Assembly: GCA_043807425.1 (NCBI GenBank)
Contig: JAZDFZ010000025.1
Coordinates: 1,827-65,826, forward strand
Source: Actinomycetota bacterium
GTDB lineage: Bacteria > Actinomycetota > Geothermincolia > Fen-727 > Anoxymicrobiaceae
Length of the DNA stretch: 64,000 nt
Direction: 5' to 3'
The first letter of the stretch is position 1; every line of letters starts with the position of its first letter. A program made the position numbers and the translations under genes. Shown piece after piece: positions 41,038 to 49,514 of the stretch. The notes beneath the pieces are model-generated. The model worked only from the letters and a program-made list of their open reading frames with translations. It was not told where the DNA came from and searched no databases.

Positions 41038-42804
41038 ATGCTCGTTTCAGAAAGGCGATCCCTCCGGATCGCGGCCCTCGCTATCGTACTGGGCATTGTC
41101 GCGCTTCTCGTCCCCGCTTCGGCGTCCGGCCGCGCCGGCGGCGGACGCCAGATCCAGGAGAAGAGCTGGGACATCGAGCGCATCGACGAGGACATCACCA
41201 TCAACCCGGACTCGTCGTTCACGGTCAGTGAGAAGGTGGTCGCGAACTTCCACGGCTCTTTCAGCTTTCTCAACCACCCGATAAGCACGCAGACGGCGAG
41301 CTTCACCGGCGGGAAGACATACGGCGGGGTACGGGTCAAGAACATCAAGGTGTATGACGCGAACGGGAACCCGGCCGAGGGTGTCAAAATCGAGAAGAGC
41401 TCCGACGGGCCCGTGGTCCGGTTGAGCTTCTCGGCGACCAACGAGCAGAGGACCTGGATATACCAGTACGACTACAGGGGCGCTATAATCTTCGGCCCCG
41501 AGGCGGACCGGCTCTACTACAACGCCATCGGCTCCGAGCGGGACGTACCCGTCAAGCAGTCGCGCGTGACCGTGCACTTCCCCGAGGGCACGGACATGGA
41601 GAAGGTAGAGTACACGTTTTACGACATCCCCGGCGCCGCTCCCGACTCCATCAAGTCGGGCAAGGAGGGTAACACCGTCTGGTACACCACCGGGGAGATC
41701 CCACCTTACGCCCCGTTCACCATCGACGTGCAGTTCCCCAAGGGCGTGGTCTCGCCGCCCCCGCTCTACACCGAATGGTTCCTCACGCTGATGATCGTGC
41801 TCGGCTGCGTCCTGGCGGTCGGGATCCTAGGGCTCATGCTGTGGATGTGGTGGAGCAGGGGCCGCGACGTCGGGCGCCCCGGCCTGGACGTGGTGCGCTA
41901 CGAGCCGCCGTCCGACCTCAAGCCGGCCATGGTGGGGGTCCTGGTGAACGAGACGGCGGTCGATTCGGACATCAGCGCGACCATCGTCGACCTCGCGATA
42001 CGCGGCAAGTTGATTATCGGCCAGTACGAGAAGCCCGGGATCTTCAAGGACAAGACCGAGTTCGGCTTCGACAGGACCGGCGCCGACGAGAGCGACCTCA
42101 CGCGGTACGAGTCGGATATCATGGCCGGCCTGTTCGAGAGCGGCAGCTCGGTGCGCGAGTCGGACCTCGAGGACAAGTTCTACGTCCACCTCGGGGGCAT
42201 CTACCTCGACATGAAGGACGAGGTCCTCTCCAGGGGCCTGTTCGACGGCGATCCGGCAAAGGTGAAGGGGCGCTATGCGCTCATCGGCGCGGCCGCCGCC
42301 ATCATCGGCCTGTTCATCGCCCTGTTCGTGGTCAGATGGCTCGACCTCGGCTACTTCAACGTCCTGGCCTACTCGCTGGTGCCCTGCGCGATCGTGGTGT
42401 TCGTGGTCGGACGGTACATGCCCAGGCGCACCGCGAAGGGATCGGAGGCGCTCTCCTACGTGATGGGTTTCAAGGAGTACATGTCCACGGCCGAGAAGGG
42501 CGAGCTGGAGTGGATGACGCCCGAGAACTTCCAGGCCAACCTCCCCTACGCGGTGGCGCTGGGTGTCACCGACAAGTGGGCCGAGAAGTTCGAGGACATC
42601 TACGTCACCCCACCGGACTGGTACCGCGGCACCTACGCGACGGGGTTCAGCGCCGTCTACCTGGCCGACTCTCTCTCGCACATGCAGGACAGCATGAGCG
42701 GCACAATGGCTTCTTCGCCCTCGTCCAGCGGAAGCGGCGGAGGCGGGTTCGGCGGGGGCTCCTCGGGCGGCGGGTTCGGCGGGGGCGGCTTCAGCGCGGG
42801 CTAA
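41038..42804 (+). CDS. DUF2207-type membrane protein with Gly-rich C-terminus
   Basis: 588 aa. Signal/TM segment, extracytoplasmic domain (WDIERIDEDITINPDSSFTVSEKV), 'ATIVDLAIRGKLII' segment, TM helices, and tail GSGGGGFGGGSSGGGFGGGGFSAG. Confidence 0.75.
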   Translation: MLVSERRSLRIAALAIVLGIVALLVPASASGRAGGGRQIQEKSWDIERIDEDITINPDSSFTVSEKVVANFHGSFSFLNHPISTQTASFTGGKTYGGVRVKNIKVYDANGNPAEGVKIEKSSDGPVVRLSFSATNEQRTWIYQYDYRGAIIFGPEADRLYYNAIGSERDVPVKQSRVTVHFPEGTDMEKVEYTFYDIPGAAPDSIKSGKEGNTVWYTTGEIPPYAPFTIDVQFPKGVVSPPPLYTEWFLTLMIVLGCVLAVGILGLMLWMWWSRGRDVGRPGLDVVRYEPPSDLKPAMVGVLVNETAVDSDISATIVDLAIRGKLIIGQYEKPGIFKDKTEFGFDRTGADESDLTRYESDIMAGLFESGSSVRESDLEDKFYVHLGGIYLDMKDEVLSRGLFDGDPAKVKGRYALIGAAAAIIGLFIALFVVRWLDLGYFNVLAYSLVPCAIVVFVVGRYMPRRTAKGSEALSYVMGFKEYMSTAEKGELEWMTPENFQANLPYAVALGVTDKWAEKFEDIYVTPPDWYRGTYATGFSAVYLADSLSHMQDSMSGTMASSPSSSGSGGGGFGGGSSGGGFGGGGFSAG

Positions 42805-43360
42805 GCGTGGCGTCCGGGGCGATCCTCATCGCGGCGTCGTCCAGCTCGAAGTACTCGCGCTCCGGGAACGAGCCCTTGAGCGCGCCCGCCACTATGTTGC
42901 CCGGGAACGACTGCGTGGCGTTGTCGTACTGCATGACCGAGCCGTTGTAGTACTTACGGGCCCCGGCGATGGCGGTCTCGGTGTGCGTCAGCTCGTCGAC
43001 GAGCTTCTCGAACCCCTCGTCGGCCTTCAGGCCGGGGTAGCTCTCCACGACGAGCATCACCCCGCCCAGCGCGTTCGAGAGGCCGTCCTCCGCCGGCCCC
43101 TTCGACTTGATCGATGCGGCTGATTGCGCCTGGGAGCGTGCCACAGTGACGGAGGTCAGGACCTCCTTCTCATGGATGGCGTAGCCCTTGACTATCGCCA
43201 CCAGCCTCGGCACCAGCTCGTGCCTGCGGTTCAGTTGAACGTCTATCTGGTGCCAGGCGGTATCCACCTTGTTGCGCAGCCTGACGAGCCTGTTGAACAG
43301 CAGGATCAACACGATGAGCACGACCGCCACCACCGCCCCGATCACTATCACGTACGCCAC
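42791..43360 (-). CDS. lemA: LemA family protein
   Basis: GTG 43360 (GAGGGGAG SD) gives 189 aa: VAYVIVIGAVVAVVLIVLILLFNRLVRLRNKVDTAWHQIDVQLNRRHELVP. Its 3' end overlaps the convergent DUF2207 gene by 14 nt. Confidence 0.8.
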   Translation of the reverse strand: MAYVIVIGAVVAVVLIVLILLFNRLVRLRNKVDTAWHQIDVQLNRRHELVPRLVAIVKGYAIHEKEVLTSVTVARSQAQSAASIKSKGPAEDGLSNALGGVMLVVESYPGLKADEGFEKLVDELTHTETAIAGARKYYNGSVMQYDNATQSFPGNIVAGALKGSFPEREYFELDDAAMRIAPDATLSPR

Positions 43361-43511
43361 TGGTCGTCTCCCCTCAAATGGGATTACTCTCCAGACCGTG
43401 AGTATATCCGAGCCTCTACCCGCCGGGGAACCGCCCCTTGAGCGCGAGCACGGCTGGGCGTAATATCTAGCGGGATGAGCGGCCTTTTGTCGGAGGCCGC
43501 TTCTTCGTGAT

Positions 43512-45011
43512 ATGAACCCCCCAGGTCGCGGGAGATCGGAAGGTAAGCCATTGAACGATAAGCAGGAGAGGATCGAGTACCTGTTCAACCCGGGCTCCAT
43601 CGCCTTCATCGGAGCCACCCAGGCGAAGATCAAGTGGGGTTTCGTGATCTTCAACAACCTGCTGTGCGGCGGCTACTCCGGGAAGGTATACCCGGTGAAC
43701 CCCGGCCTGGAGGAGGTCATGGGCCTCAAGTGCTACCCGTCGGTGCGGGACATCCCCTTTGATGTCGACCTGGCCGTCTTCACGGTCCCCGCGGCGCAGG
43801 TACTCGCCTCCATGAAGGACTGCCTGGCAAAGGGGATAAAGGCCGCGCTGGTGATCAGCGCCGGCTTCAGGGAGCTGGGGGAGCGCGGGGCCGGGATGGA
43901 GGCCGAGCTGGTGGCCATGGCCGAGAACGCGGGGATCGCGATGGCGGGGCCCAACGGTCAGGGCGTGTGCTGCCCGGCGAACGACCTCTACCCCTGGATG
44001 CCCATCTTCTACCCCCGAGGCGGCGGAATGGGCTTCGTCAGCCAGAGCGGCAACATCCTCAACATGCTCATCGGGCACGCCCTGGACGCGGGCTACGGGG
44101 TGTCGAAGGCCGTTTCCGGCGGCAACGAGGCGTCCCTTCGGACCGAGGACTACCTCGCCTACCTCGCCCGGGACCCCGGAACCCACGTCATAGTCTCCTA
44201 CATAGAGGGCGTGGACAGGGGGCGGGAGTTCTTCGGCCAGGCCGCCCGTGCGACCCGCTCCAAGCCGGTGGTGCTGCTGAAGGGCGGCCGTACCGCTTCG
44301 GGGGTGCGCGCGGCGCGCTCACATACAGGTGCCATCGCTGTCAGTGAAGCGCTGTTCGACTCCGCGTGCCGGCAGGCGGGTGTCACCCTCGCGCGCGACA
44401 TCAGGGAAGCGGGAGTGACCGCCTCCGCCTTCGTCAACCGCCCGCTGCCGCGCGGCAGGAGGGTGGGCATCGTGACCGGAGGTGGCGGTCTCGGAGTGCT
44501 GGCGGCCGACGCCTGCGCCGAGCACGGGTTGGAGGTACCGGCCCTGTCGGCGACGACCCTCGAGACCATAGGCGCGCTCCTGCCGCCTTACTGGGTCCCC
44601 GGGAACCCGGTCGACCTGGTGGCCGGCCTCGACCTCAGCGTCGTGCGTCCCGTGCTGGAGACGGTGATACGCAGCGGGGAGGTCGATTCGGTCCTGTTCA
44701 TCTTCATCGAGTCTCAGCGGAGCAAGGGGATCCGGACCATCGAGACCAGCGGGCTCGGGTTCGACGTCTCGGCCGCCTGGGATATGATGACCCTGCAGCT
44801 CGGAAAGTACCTGGAGGAGCTGTACGGGATCGCGCGGGAGACGGGGGTGCCACTGTACGTGGCCTCTAACTTCGGCCTGGTCCAGGAGCCGGGGCAGGAC
44901 CGCTCCGCGGACCTGGACACCTGCAGGTTCGAGGACGTGGAGTCGGCGTGCAGGGCCATGAGGGCAATGGCGGATTACCGGGAGTACCGGGAGTGTTCCA
45001 CCCGGGGATAG
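43512..45011 (+). CDS. NDP-forming acyl-CoA synthetase alpha-type protein (CoA-binding + CoA-ligase domains, no ATP-grasp part)
   Basis: 499 aa. FNPGSIAFIGAT, VYPVNP, DLAVFTVPA, SQSGN, GGNEA, and phospho-His region ARSHTGAIA. Confidence 0.75.
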   Translation: MNPPGRGRSEGKPLNDKQERIEYLFNPGSIAFIGATQAKIKWGFVIFNNLLCGGYSGKVYPVNPGLEEVMGLKCYPSVRDIPFDVDLAVFTVPAAQVLASMKDCLAKGIKAALVISAGFRELGERGAGMEAELVAMAENAGIAMAGPNGQGVCCPANDLYPWMPIFYPRGGGMGFVSQSGNILNMLIGHALDAGYGVSKAVSGGNEASLRTEDYLAYLARDPGTHVIVSYIEGVDRGREFFGQAARATRSKPVVLLKGGRTASGVRAARSHTGAIAVSEALFDSACRQAGVTLARDIREAGVTASAFVNRPLPRGRRVGIVTGGGGLGVLAADACAEHGLEVPALSATTLETIGALLPPYWVPGNPVDLVAGLDLSVVRPVLETVIRSGEVDSVLFIFIESQRSKGIRTIETSGLGFDVSAAWDMMTLQLGKYLEELYGIARETGVPLYVASNFGLVQEPGQDRSADLDTCRFEDVESACRAMRAMADYREYRECSTRG

Positions 45012-45025
45012 GAAGGGGTGCTGCG

Positions 45026-45475
45026 ATGGGCGACGACTATCTCGAGAAGACGGCGTACTGCGGTCTCTACTGCGGCGACTGCTCTTTCGGGACCGGGGTT
45101 ATCCCCGACCTTGCACGGGATCTGCGCAAGGAGATGCGGTCTTTCCGGCTGGAGCAGGCCGCCGAGGTGATCCCGTTCCCCGAGTTCAAGAACTACGGGG
45201 AGTGCTACGAACTGCTGGGCGCCCTGGTAAAGATGCGCTGTGGGGGTTGCAGGACAAGCGCCAGGAGCCGGTATTGCAATATCGCCAAGTGCGCCGTCAG
45301 GAAGAAGCTGGACGGCTGCTGGGAGTGCGGCGAGTTCGAGGAGTGTAAGAAGCTGGAGTTCCTGGAGGGCGTCCACGGAGACGCCCACATGAAGAACCTG
45401 CGAAAGATCAAGAAGGCCGGCCTCGACAAGTGGGTCGCCGGTGGCCCCCTGTGGTACTCGAAGAAGAAAGCTTGA
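45026..45475 (+). CDS. DUF3795-like Cys-rich protein
   Basis: ATG 45026 (GGAAGGGG SD). MGDDYLEKTAYCGLYCGDCSFG...CGGCRTS...CNIAKC...CWECGEFEEC. Confidence 0.7.
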   Translation: MGDDYLEKTAYCGLYCGDCSFGTGVIPDLARDLRKEMRSFRLEQAAEVIPFPEFKNYGECYELLGALVKMRCGGCRTSARSRYCNIAKCAVRKKLDGCWECGEFEECKKLEFLEGVHGDAHMKNLRKIKKAGLDKWVAGGPLWYSKKKA

Positions 45476-45484
45476 GCGCTGGCT

Positions 45485-46435
45485 TCAGTCCGCGCCTGTC
45501 GTGTCGGCCTGGGTGGGAGGCGCGTCGATGAAGTCGACGATCTGGCCGGCGAAGTCCGTGGGGTACTGGTACTGAAGGCCGTGCCCCGCTCCCCAGTACC
45601 GCACCACCCAGCACCCCGGTATTCGCGAGCCCAGGATGCCCAGGTTCTCCGGCGGTGTCGAGACGTCCTCCGTCCCTCCGACCACCAGCACCGGCTTGTC
45701 GATGTCGGGCAGCCTGTCGTAGACACCCTCCCAGGTCTCGTATGCCAGGTCCTGCCTCCCTATACTCTTCGGTGAGCTGTGCTCCTTCGGGAACGGGAAG
45801 TCCTTCCAGTAGTCGGGGTGCTCGTCCATCCACTCGGGGGGGAACAGGGAAACCAGCACCCTCTTAAGCGGGGCGTCGACGTCCTGCACTTCCGCCAGCA
45901 CCTCTCGGTACTCGGGCGCTTCCACCTTCTGGGTGCCGCCGCAGTCACCGGCGTAGCTGATCAGCTTTATGACCCGTTCGGGGTGGTTCACCGCCAGGCT
46001 GAGCGCGATGTCTCCCCCCACCGACCACCCGAGCACGAACGCGCTCCGGTACCCGAGCGTTTCGATGAGTCCGGCCGTGTCGTCGGCGAACTGGTCGATG
46101 GTCCACTCCCTGGTCCCGGAGGTGGTCTCGCCCATGCCCCGGTTGTCGAAGATGATCACCCTGTACTCGGTGGATAACTCCTCGAGGAAGACGGGGTCCC
46201 AGACGTCCATGGTCATTGCGAACGCCGGTATCATGAACAGCGGCTGGCCCTCACCGAAGCTCTTGCAGGCCATCTCGATGTCGCCGACCTGCACCTTCTG
46301 CAGGGGCTGCGACTCGAAGAAGGCCCGGTTGTCCGAGACCTTCTTCTGCCCGCCGGACCCGCACCCGGCAAAGGAGACGGTAAGCAGCAATACGATCAGC
46401 GCCGGCGACAGGACCATCAACCTTCTCGACATCAT
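45485..46435 (-). CDS. alpha/beta-hydrolase lipoprotein
   Basis: ATG 46435 (GGAGGA upstream). Signal MMSRRLMVLSPALIVLLLTVSFAGC (lipobox). IIFDNRGMGET and nucleophile elbow GWSVGG. Confidence 0.8.
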   Translation of the reverse strand: MMSRRLMVLSPALIVLLLTVSFAGCGSGGQKKVSDNRAFFESQPLQKVQVGDIEMACKSFGEGQPLFMIPAFAMTMDVWDPVFLEELSTEYRVIIFDNRGMGETTSGTREWTIDQFADDTAGLIETLGYRSAFVLGWSVGGDIALSLAVNHPERVIKLISYAGDCGGTQKVEAPEYREVLAEVQDVDAPLKRVLVSLFPPEWMDEHPDYWKDFPFPKEHSSPKSIGRQDLAYETWEGVYDRLPDIDKPVLVVGGTEDVSTPPENLGILGSRIPGCWVVRYWGAGHGLQYQYPTDFAGQIVDFIDAPPTQADTTGAD

Positions 46436-46618
46436 TCCTCCATCAGGATCAACACGGTTCACTCTGGAAATGCCCAGCTTATTGTATTCTCCTTCGAACG
46501 GGCGCTGCGACCCGTAGTACAATCGGAGCGGTCCGCCGAGTTGCGGGAGTGCCTGACCCTTCTGCAACTCCACTTCTGCAACTCCAGCGGTCCACCGGGC
46601 ACCGGCATGGGAGGCGAG

Positions 46619-46867
46619 ATGACAGATCCGCAGGGCATGGGCTGTCCGCACAGGTACCACCAGCAACCCGATGGGAGCTTCCTGTGCTCGATGTGCGGCG
46701 CCTCATACAGGATGGACCAGCAGTTCACCGAGTTGGATCTCACGAACTCGCCGGGTGCCATCGCCGAGCAGAAGAGGGTAAGGAGCGCGCGACGGTCCCG
46801 GGTAGTGATTAACGTCCTCCTGGACGCCTTCGCCGGCTGGCGCTGGGGGGGCTGGTTCAGGCGCTGA
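46619..46867 (+). CDS. small zinc-ribbon-like protein (hypothetical)
   Basis: GGGAGG SD. MTDPQGMGCPHRYHQQPDGSFLCSMCGASYRMD... with a basic, W-rich C-terminus. No family recognised. Confidence 0.3.
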   Translation: MTDPQGMGCPHRYHQQPDGSFLCSMCGASYRMDQQFTELDLTNSPGAIAEQKRVRSARRSRVVINVLLDAFAGWRWGGWFRR

Positions 46868-46885
46868 CCCGGGCGGTTCGTGCTG

Positions 46886-47665
46886 CTAGAGCGATACGGG
46901 TGCCAGGCTCGGCAGCCGTGGCGGGGGCATTCCCTGCAGGGCGACCTTCGCCTCCAGGGCCTCCTGCGGAATCGCTATCTCGAAGTCCTTGTCCACGTCC
47001 GAGAACTCCACGGACATCGACTGCTTGAGCCCCGGAGTGTCGGGAGCCTGGATATCCGTATCCGTTCTGTACCCCAGGGGCAGGTAGGTCTTCTTCTGCA
47101 CCTCCAGGAGCAGCTTCACCTTCACGATCCTGGACAGCTCCTTGATCTCGTCGGCCGACAGGCCCGTGCTGTACTGGGGGTTTTCCAGAAGGTTCTTCCT
47201 GATCCATTCCGGGCCGGCCGTCGCCGAAACCTTCCAGCTCACGCCGTCCTGGCTCTCGAACGTCGCCTTGTCGGAGAAGCCCTGGAGCATCCCCATCTCC
47301 TCCATCATGTCCTGGCCGGCGGCATCGGACTTGTCGAACCGGTACCACTGCTCCTGCACCGGGTACACGTACTCGTACCTGCCCTGGATGTAGACCTGCC
47401 CTTTTATGTCCGCGGTCTGGTCGAAGGCCATGTGGGTCACCCGTGCTTTGCCCCCCGGAGCCTGCTCGTAGGTCGCCGTATAGGTGAGCGTCTTGCCCTG
47501 GGCGTCCGCGTCGAACTTTATCCTGGCCCGGTAGGATGTGACGTCCTTCGCCGTGGCGATGCACTTCTCCATCACCCCGACAGGGGAAGTGGGGCTGCAC
47601 GAGGACACCATGGACGCCGCCAGGACGCAAAACGTCAACGCGGCGATCGCGCCGGCTCTCTTCAT
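46886..47665 (-). CDS. lipoprotein of unknown function
   Basis: 259 aa. Signal MKRAGAIAALTFCVLAASMVSSC (lipobox), followed by a beta-rich sequence. Confidence 0.65.
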   Translation of the reverse strand: MKRAGAIAALTFCVLAASMVSSCSPTSPVGVMEKCIATAKDVTSYRARIKFDADAQGKTLTYTATYEQAPGGKARVTHMAFDQTADIKGQVYIQGRYEYVYPVQEQWYRFDKSDAAGQDMMEEMGMLQGFSDKATFESQDGVSWKVSATAGPEWIRKNLLENPQYSTGLSADEIKELSRIVKVKLLLEVQKKTYLPLGYRTDTDIQAPDTPGLKQSMSVEFSDVDKDFEIAIPQEALEAKVALQGMPPPRLPSLAPVSL

Positions 47666-47858
47666 CTGACCTCCTGTTCGCCTGACAGGTCTCCACCAGG
47701 TAACGCCACAATTATACCCAGCCGCCGGCGGGGACGGTGCGCGGCCGCCCCGGCACCCGCGCCCTTGCGGACCGTGGCATTCATATTATTAGAATGTGCT
47801 GGCGTGAAAAGTGTTCGCCCGGGGATGACCCGGTGTGACCGGAGAGCGGAGGTTCGAG

Positions 47859-49040
47859 ATGAAAGAGCTCAGGGAAGCCGTCCTGGTAGACGGAGTACGC
47901 ACCGCGAACGCGCGGGCCCATCCCGCCAAGGGGTGGTTCAGGGGCCTGCGACCCGACGAGCTGTTGAGCGCCGTCTATAGCGGCCTGTTCGAGCGGAACC
48001 CCCAGGTCCAGCCGGACCAGGTGGAGGCGGTGTTCTGCGGGACCGCGAACCAGACGGGGATGCAGAACGACATCGCCCGGTTCGGGTGGCTGGCCTCCGG
48101 CCTTCCCGTCAACGTGGCGACCAACGGCATCAACCAGCAGTGTCCCTCGGGGATGGCCGCGGTCGAGCACGCCTGCAGGGCCATCATGTGCGGCGAGGGT
48201 GACGTCTACATCGCGTCCGGTGTCGAGGACATGCAGAACGTGCCGATGGGCATGGGGATGGACTTCGCCCCGAGGCTGGCCGACTACTGGAACCCGGCGG
48301 ACCTGCCCATGGGCGCCAACTCCGAGAAGATGTCCGAGGTTCTCGGGATCGCCCGCGCCGACCAGGAGGCGGTCGCCTACCACAGCCACCTGCGCGCGAA
48401 GGCGGCCCGCGACGCGGGGAAGTTCGATAGCGAGATTGTGTTCGTCCAGGGGCTCGACGAAGATGGCAACGAGATGGTGGTCGATAGGGACCAGTGGATC
48501 AGGGAGGAGCCCAGCCTCGAGCAGATGGCGGGCATGAAACCGGCGTTCAAGCCGGACGGCGTGGTTACCGCTGCCACGGCCTCCCCGCTGACCACGGGCG
48601 CCTGCGCGGCGCTCTTCATGAGCAGGGAAAAGGCGGACGAGCTCGGCTGCTCGTACTACGTCAGGTACGGGGGCGGGGTCATGTCCGGGTACGACCCGAC
48701 CATGATGGGGCTCTCGGCGGCAAGGGCGTGCGCCAGGCTGCTCGAGCGCAAGGGGCTCACCGTGGACGACATAGACGTCTTCGAGGCGCACGAGGCGTTC
48801 GGTGTGGTCACGCTCGCCATCCTGCGGGACCTGGGCATAGACGAGAACGCACCGTTCGAGAAGGCCAACCTCTGGGGCGGCGCGCTGGCGCTGGGCCATC
48901 CTCTCGGCGAGTCCGGGTGCCGGCTGGTGATCACGCTGGCCAACGTGATGAAGACCGACCTTCCGGACGCCAGGCGCGGGATCGCCATGATGTGCGGCGG
49001 GTTCGGCAACGGTAACGCCAGCCTCTGGGAGAAGGTGTAG
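47859..49040 (+). CDS. acetyl-CoA C-acyltransferase (thiolase)
   Basis: ATG 47859 (GGAGG SD). NQQCPSGMAAV (acyl-Cys), GHPLGESGCR (His), MMCGGFGNGNA (Cys base). Confidence 0.85.
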   Translation: MKELREAVLVDGVRTANARAHPAKGWFRGLRPDELLSAVYSGLFERNPQVQPDQVEAVFCGTANQTGMQNDIARFGWLASGLPVNVATNGINQQCPSGMAAVEHACRAIMCGEGDVYIASGVEDMQNVPMGMGMDFAPRLADYWNPADLPMGANSEKMSEVLGIARADQEAVAYHSHLRAKAARDAGKFDSEIVFVQGLDEDGNEMVVDRDQWIREEPSLEQMAGMKPAFKPDGVVTAATASPLTTGACAALFMSREKADELGCSYYVRYGGGVMSGYDPTMMGLSAARACARLLERKGLTVDDIDVFEAHEAFGVVTLAILRDLGIDENAPFEKANLWGGALALGHPLGESGCRLVITLANVMKTDLPDARRGIAMMCGGFGNGNASLWEKV

Positions 49041-49089
49041 GGGGCCGGCCGATGTGCCTGAAGCGGATGCGGCCGGCGGGAGGTGGACC

Positions 49090-49467
49090 GTGAGCGACGA
49101 CCTCTACGAGAAAGGCCTGGCTGAGATGCGAAGGCATTTCGGTGACGAGGCCGACGCGCACATCGAACGTTTGAGGAGGATCTCCCCCGAGTTCGCCAGG
49201 GTCAACGTCGAGTTCCCGTTCGGCGAGCTGTACACGCGCGACGTGCTCGACGATAAGACGCGCGAGCTGTGCACGATCGCCGCGCTGACGGTCGAGGGAC
49301 ACTGCCTTCCGGAGCTGAAGATACACGCGGCCGGAGCCCTCAACTGCGGCGCCACTCGCGAGGAGGTTATCGAGGTCATCATCCAGATGATCGCCTACTG
49401 TGGATTCCCGGCCGCGACGAACGCGCTTATCGTGGTGAATGAGGCCTTCGAAGAGCTCGATGAATAG
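49090..49467 (+). CDS. carboxymuconolactone decarboxylase (AhpD-like) family protein
   Basis: GTG 49090 after GGGAGGTGGA. FPFGELYTRDVLDDKTRELCTIAALTVEGHCLPELKIHAAGALNCGATREEVIEVI. Confidence 0.75.
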   Translation: MSDDLYEKGLAEMRRHFGDEADAHIERLRRISPEFARVNVEFPFGELYTRDVLDDKTRELCTIAALTVEGHCLPELKIHAAGALNCGATREEVIEVIIQMIAYCGFPAATNALIVVNEAFEELDE

Positions 49468-49487
49468 TGGTTTTTCACGCGGCGGGT

Positions 49488-49514
49488 GAGAAAAGATGGT
49501 TGAGGTGAATTCTC
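49488..49514 (+). repeat. family-4 hairpin repeat, copy D
   Basis: GAGAAaagatggttgaggtgaaTTCTC, between convergent genes. Overlaps the stop codon of the fusion gene at 49513-49515. Confidence 0.65.

Noticed and set aside
42791-42804. 14-nt 3' overlap of the convergent LemA and DUF2207 genes.
   Set aside because: LemA/DUF2207 co-localisation is common and functionally uninformative here. A short convergent overlap in a compact genome is not unusual, so it is noted only in the features.
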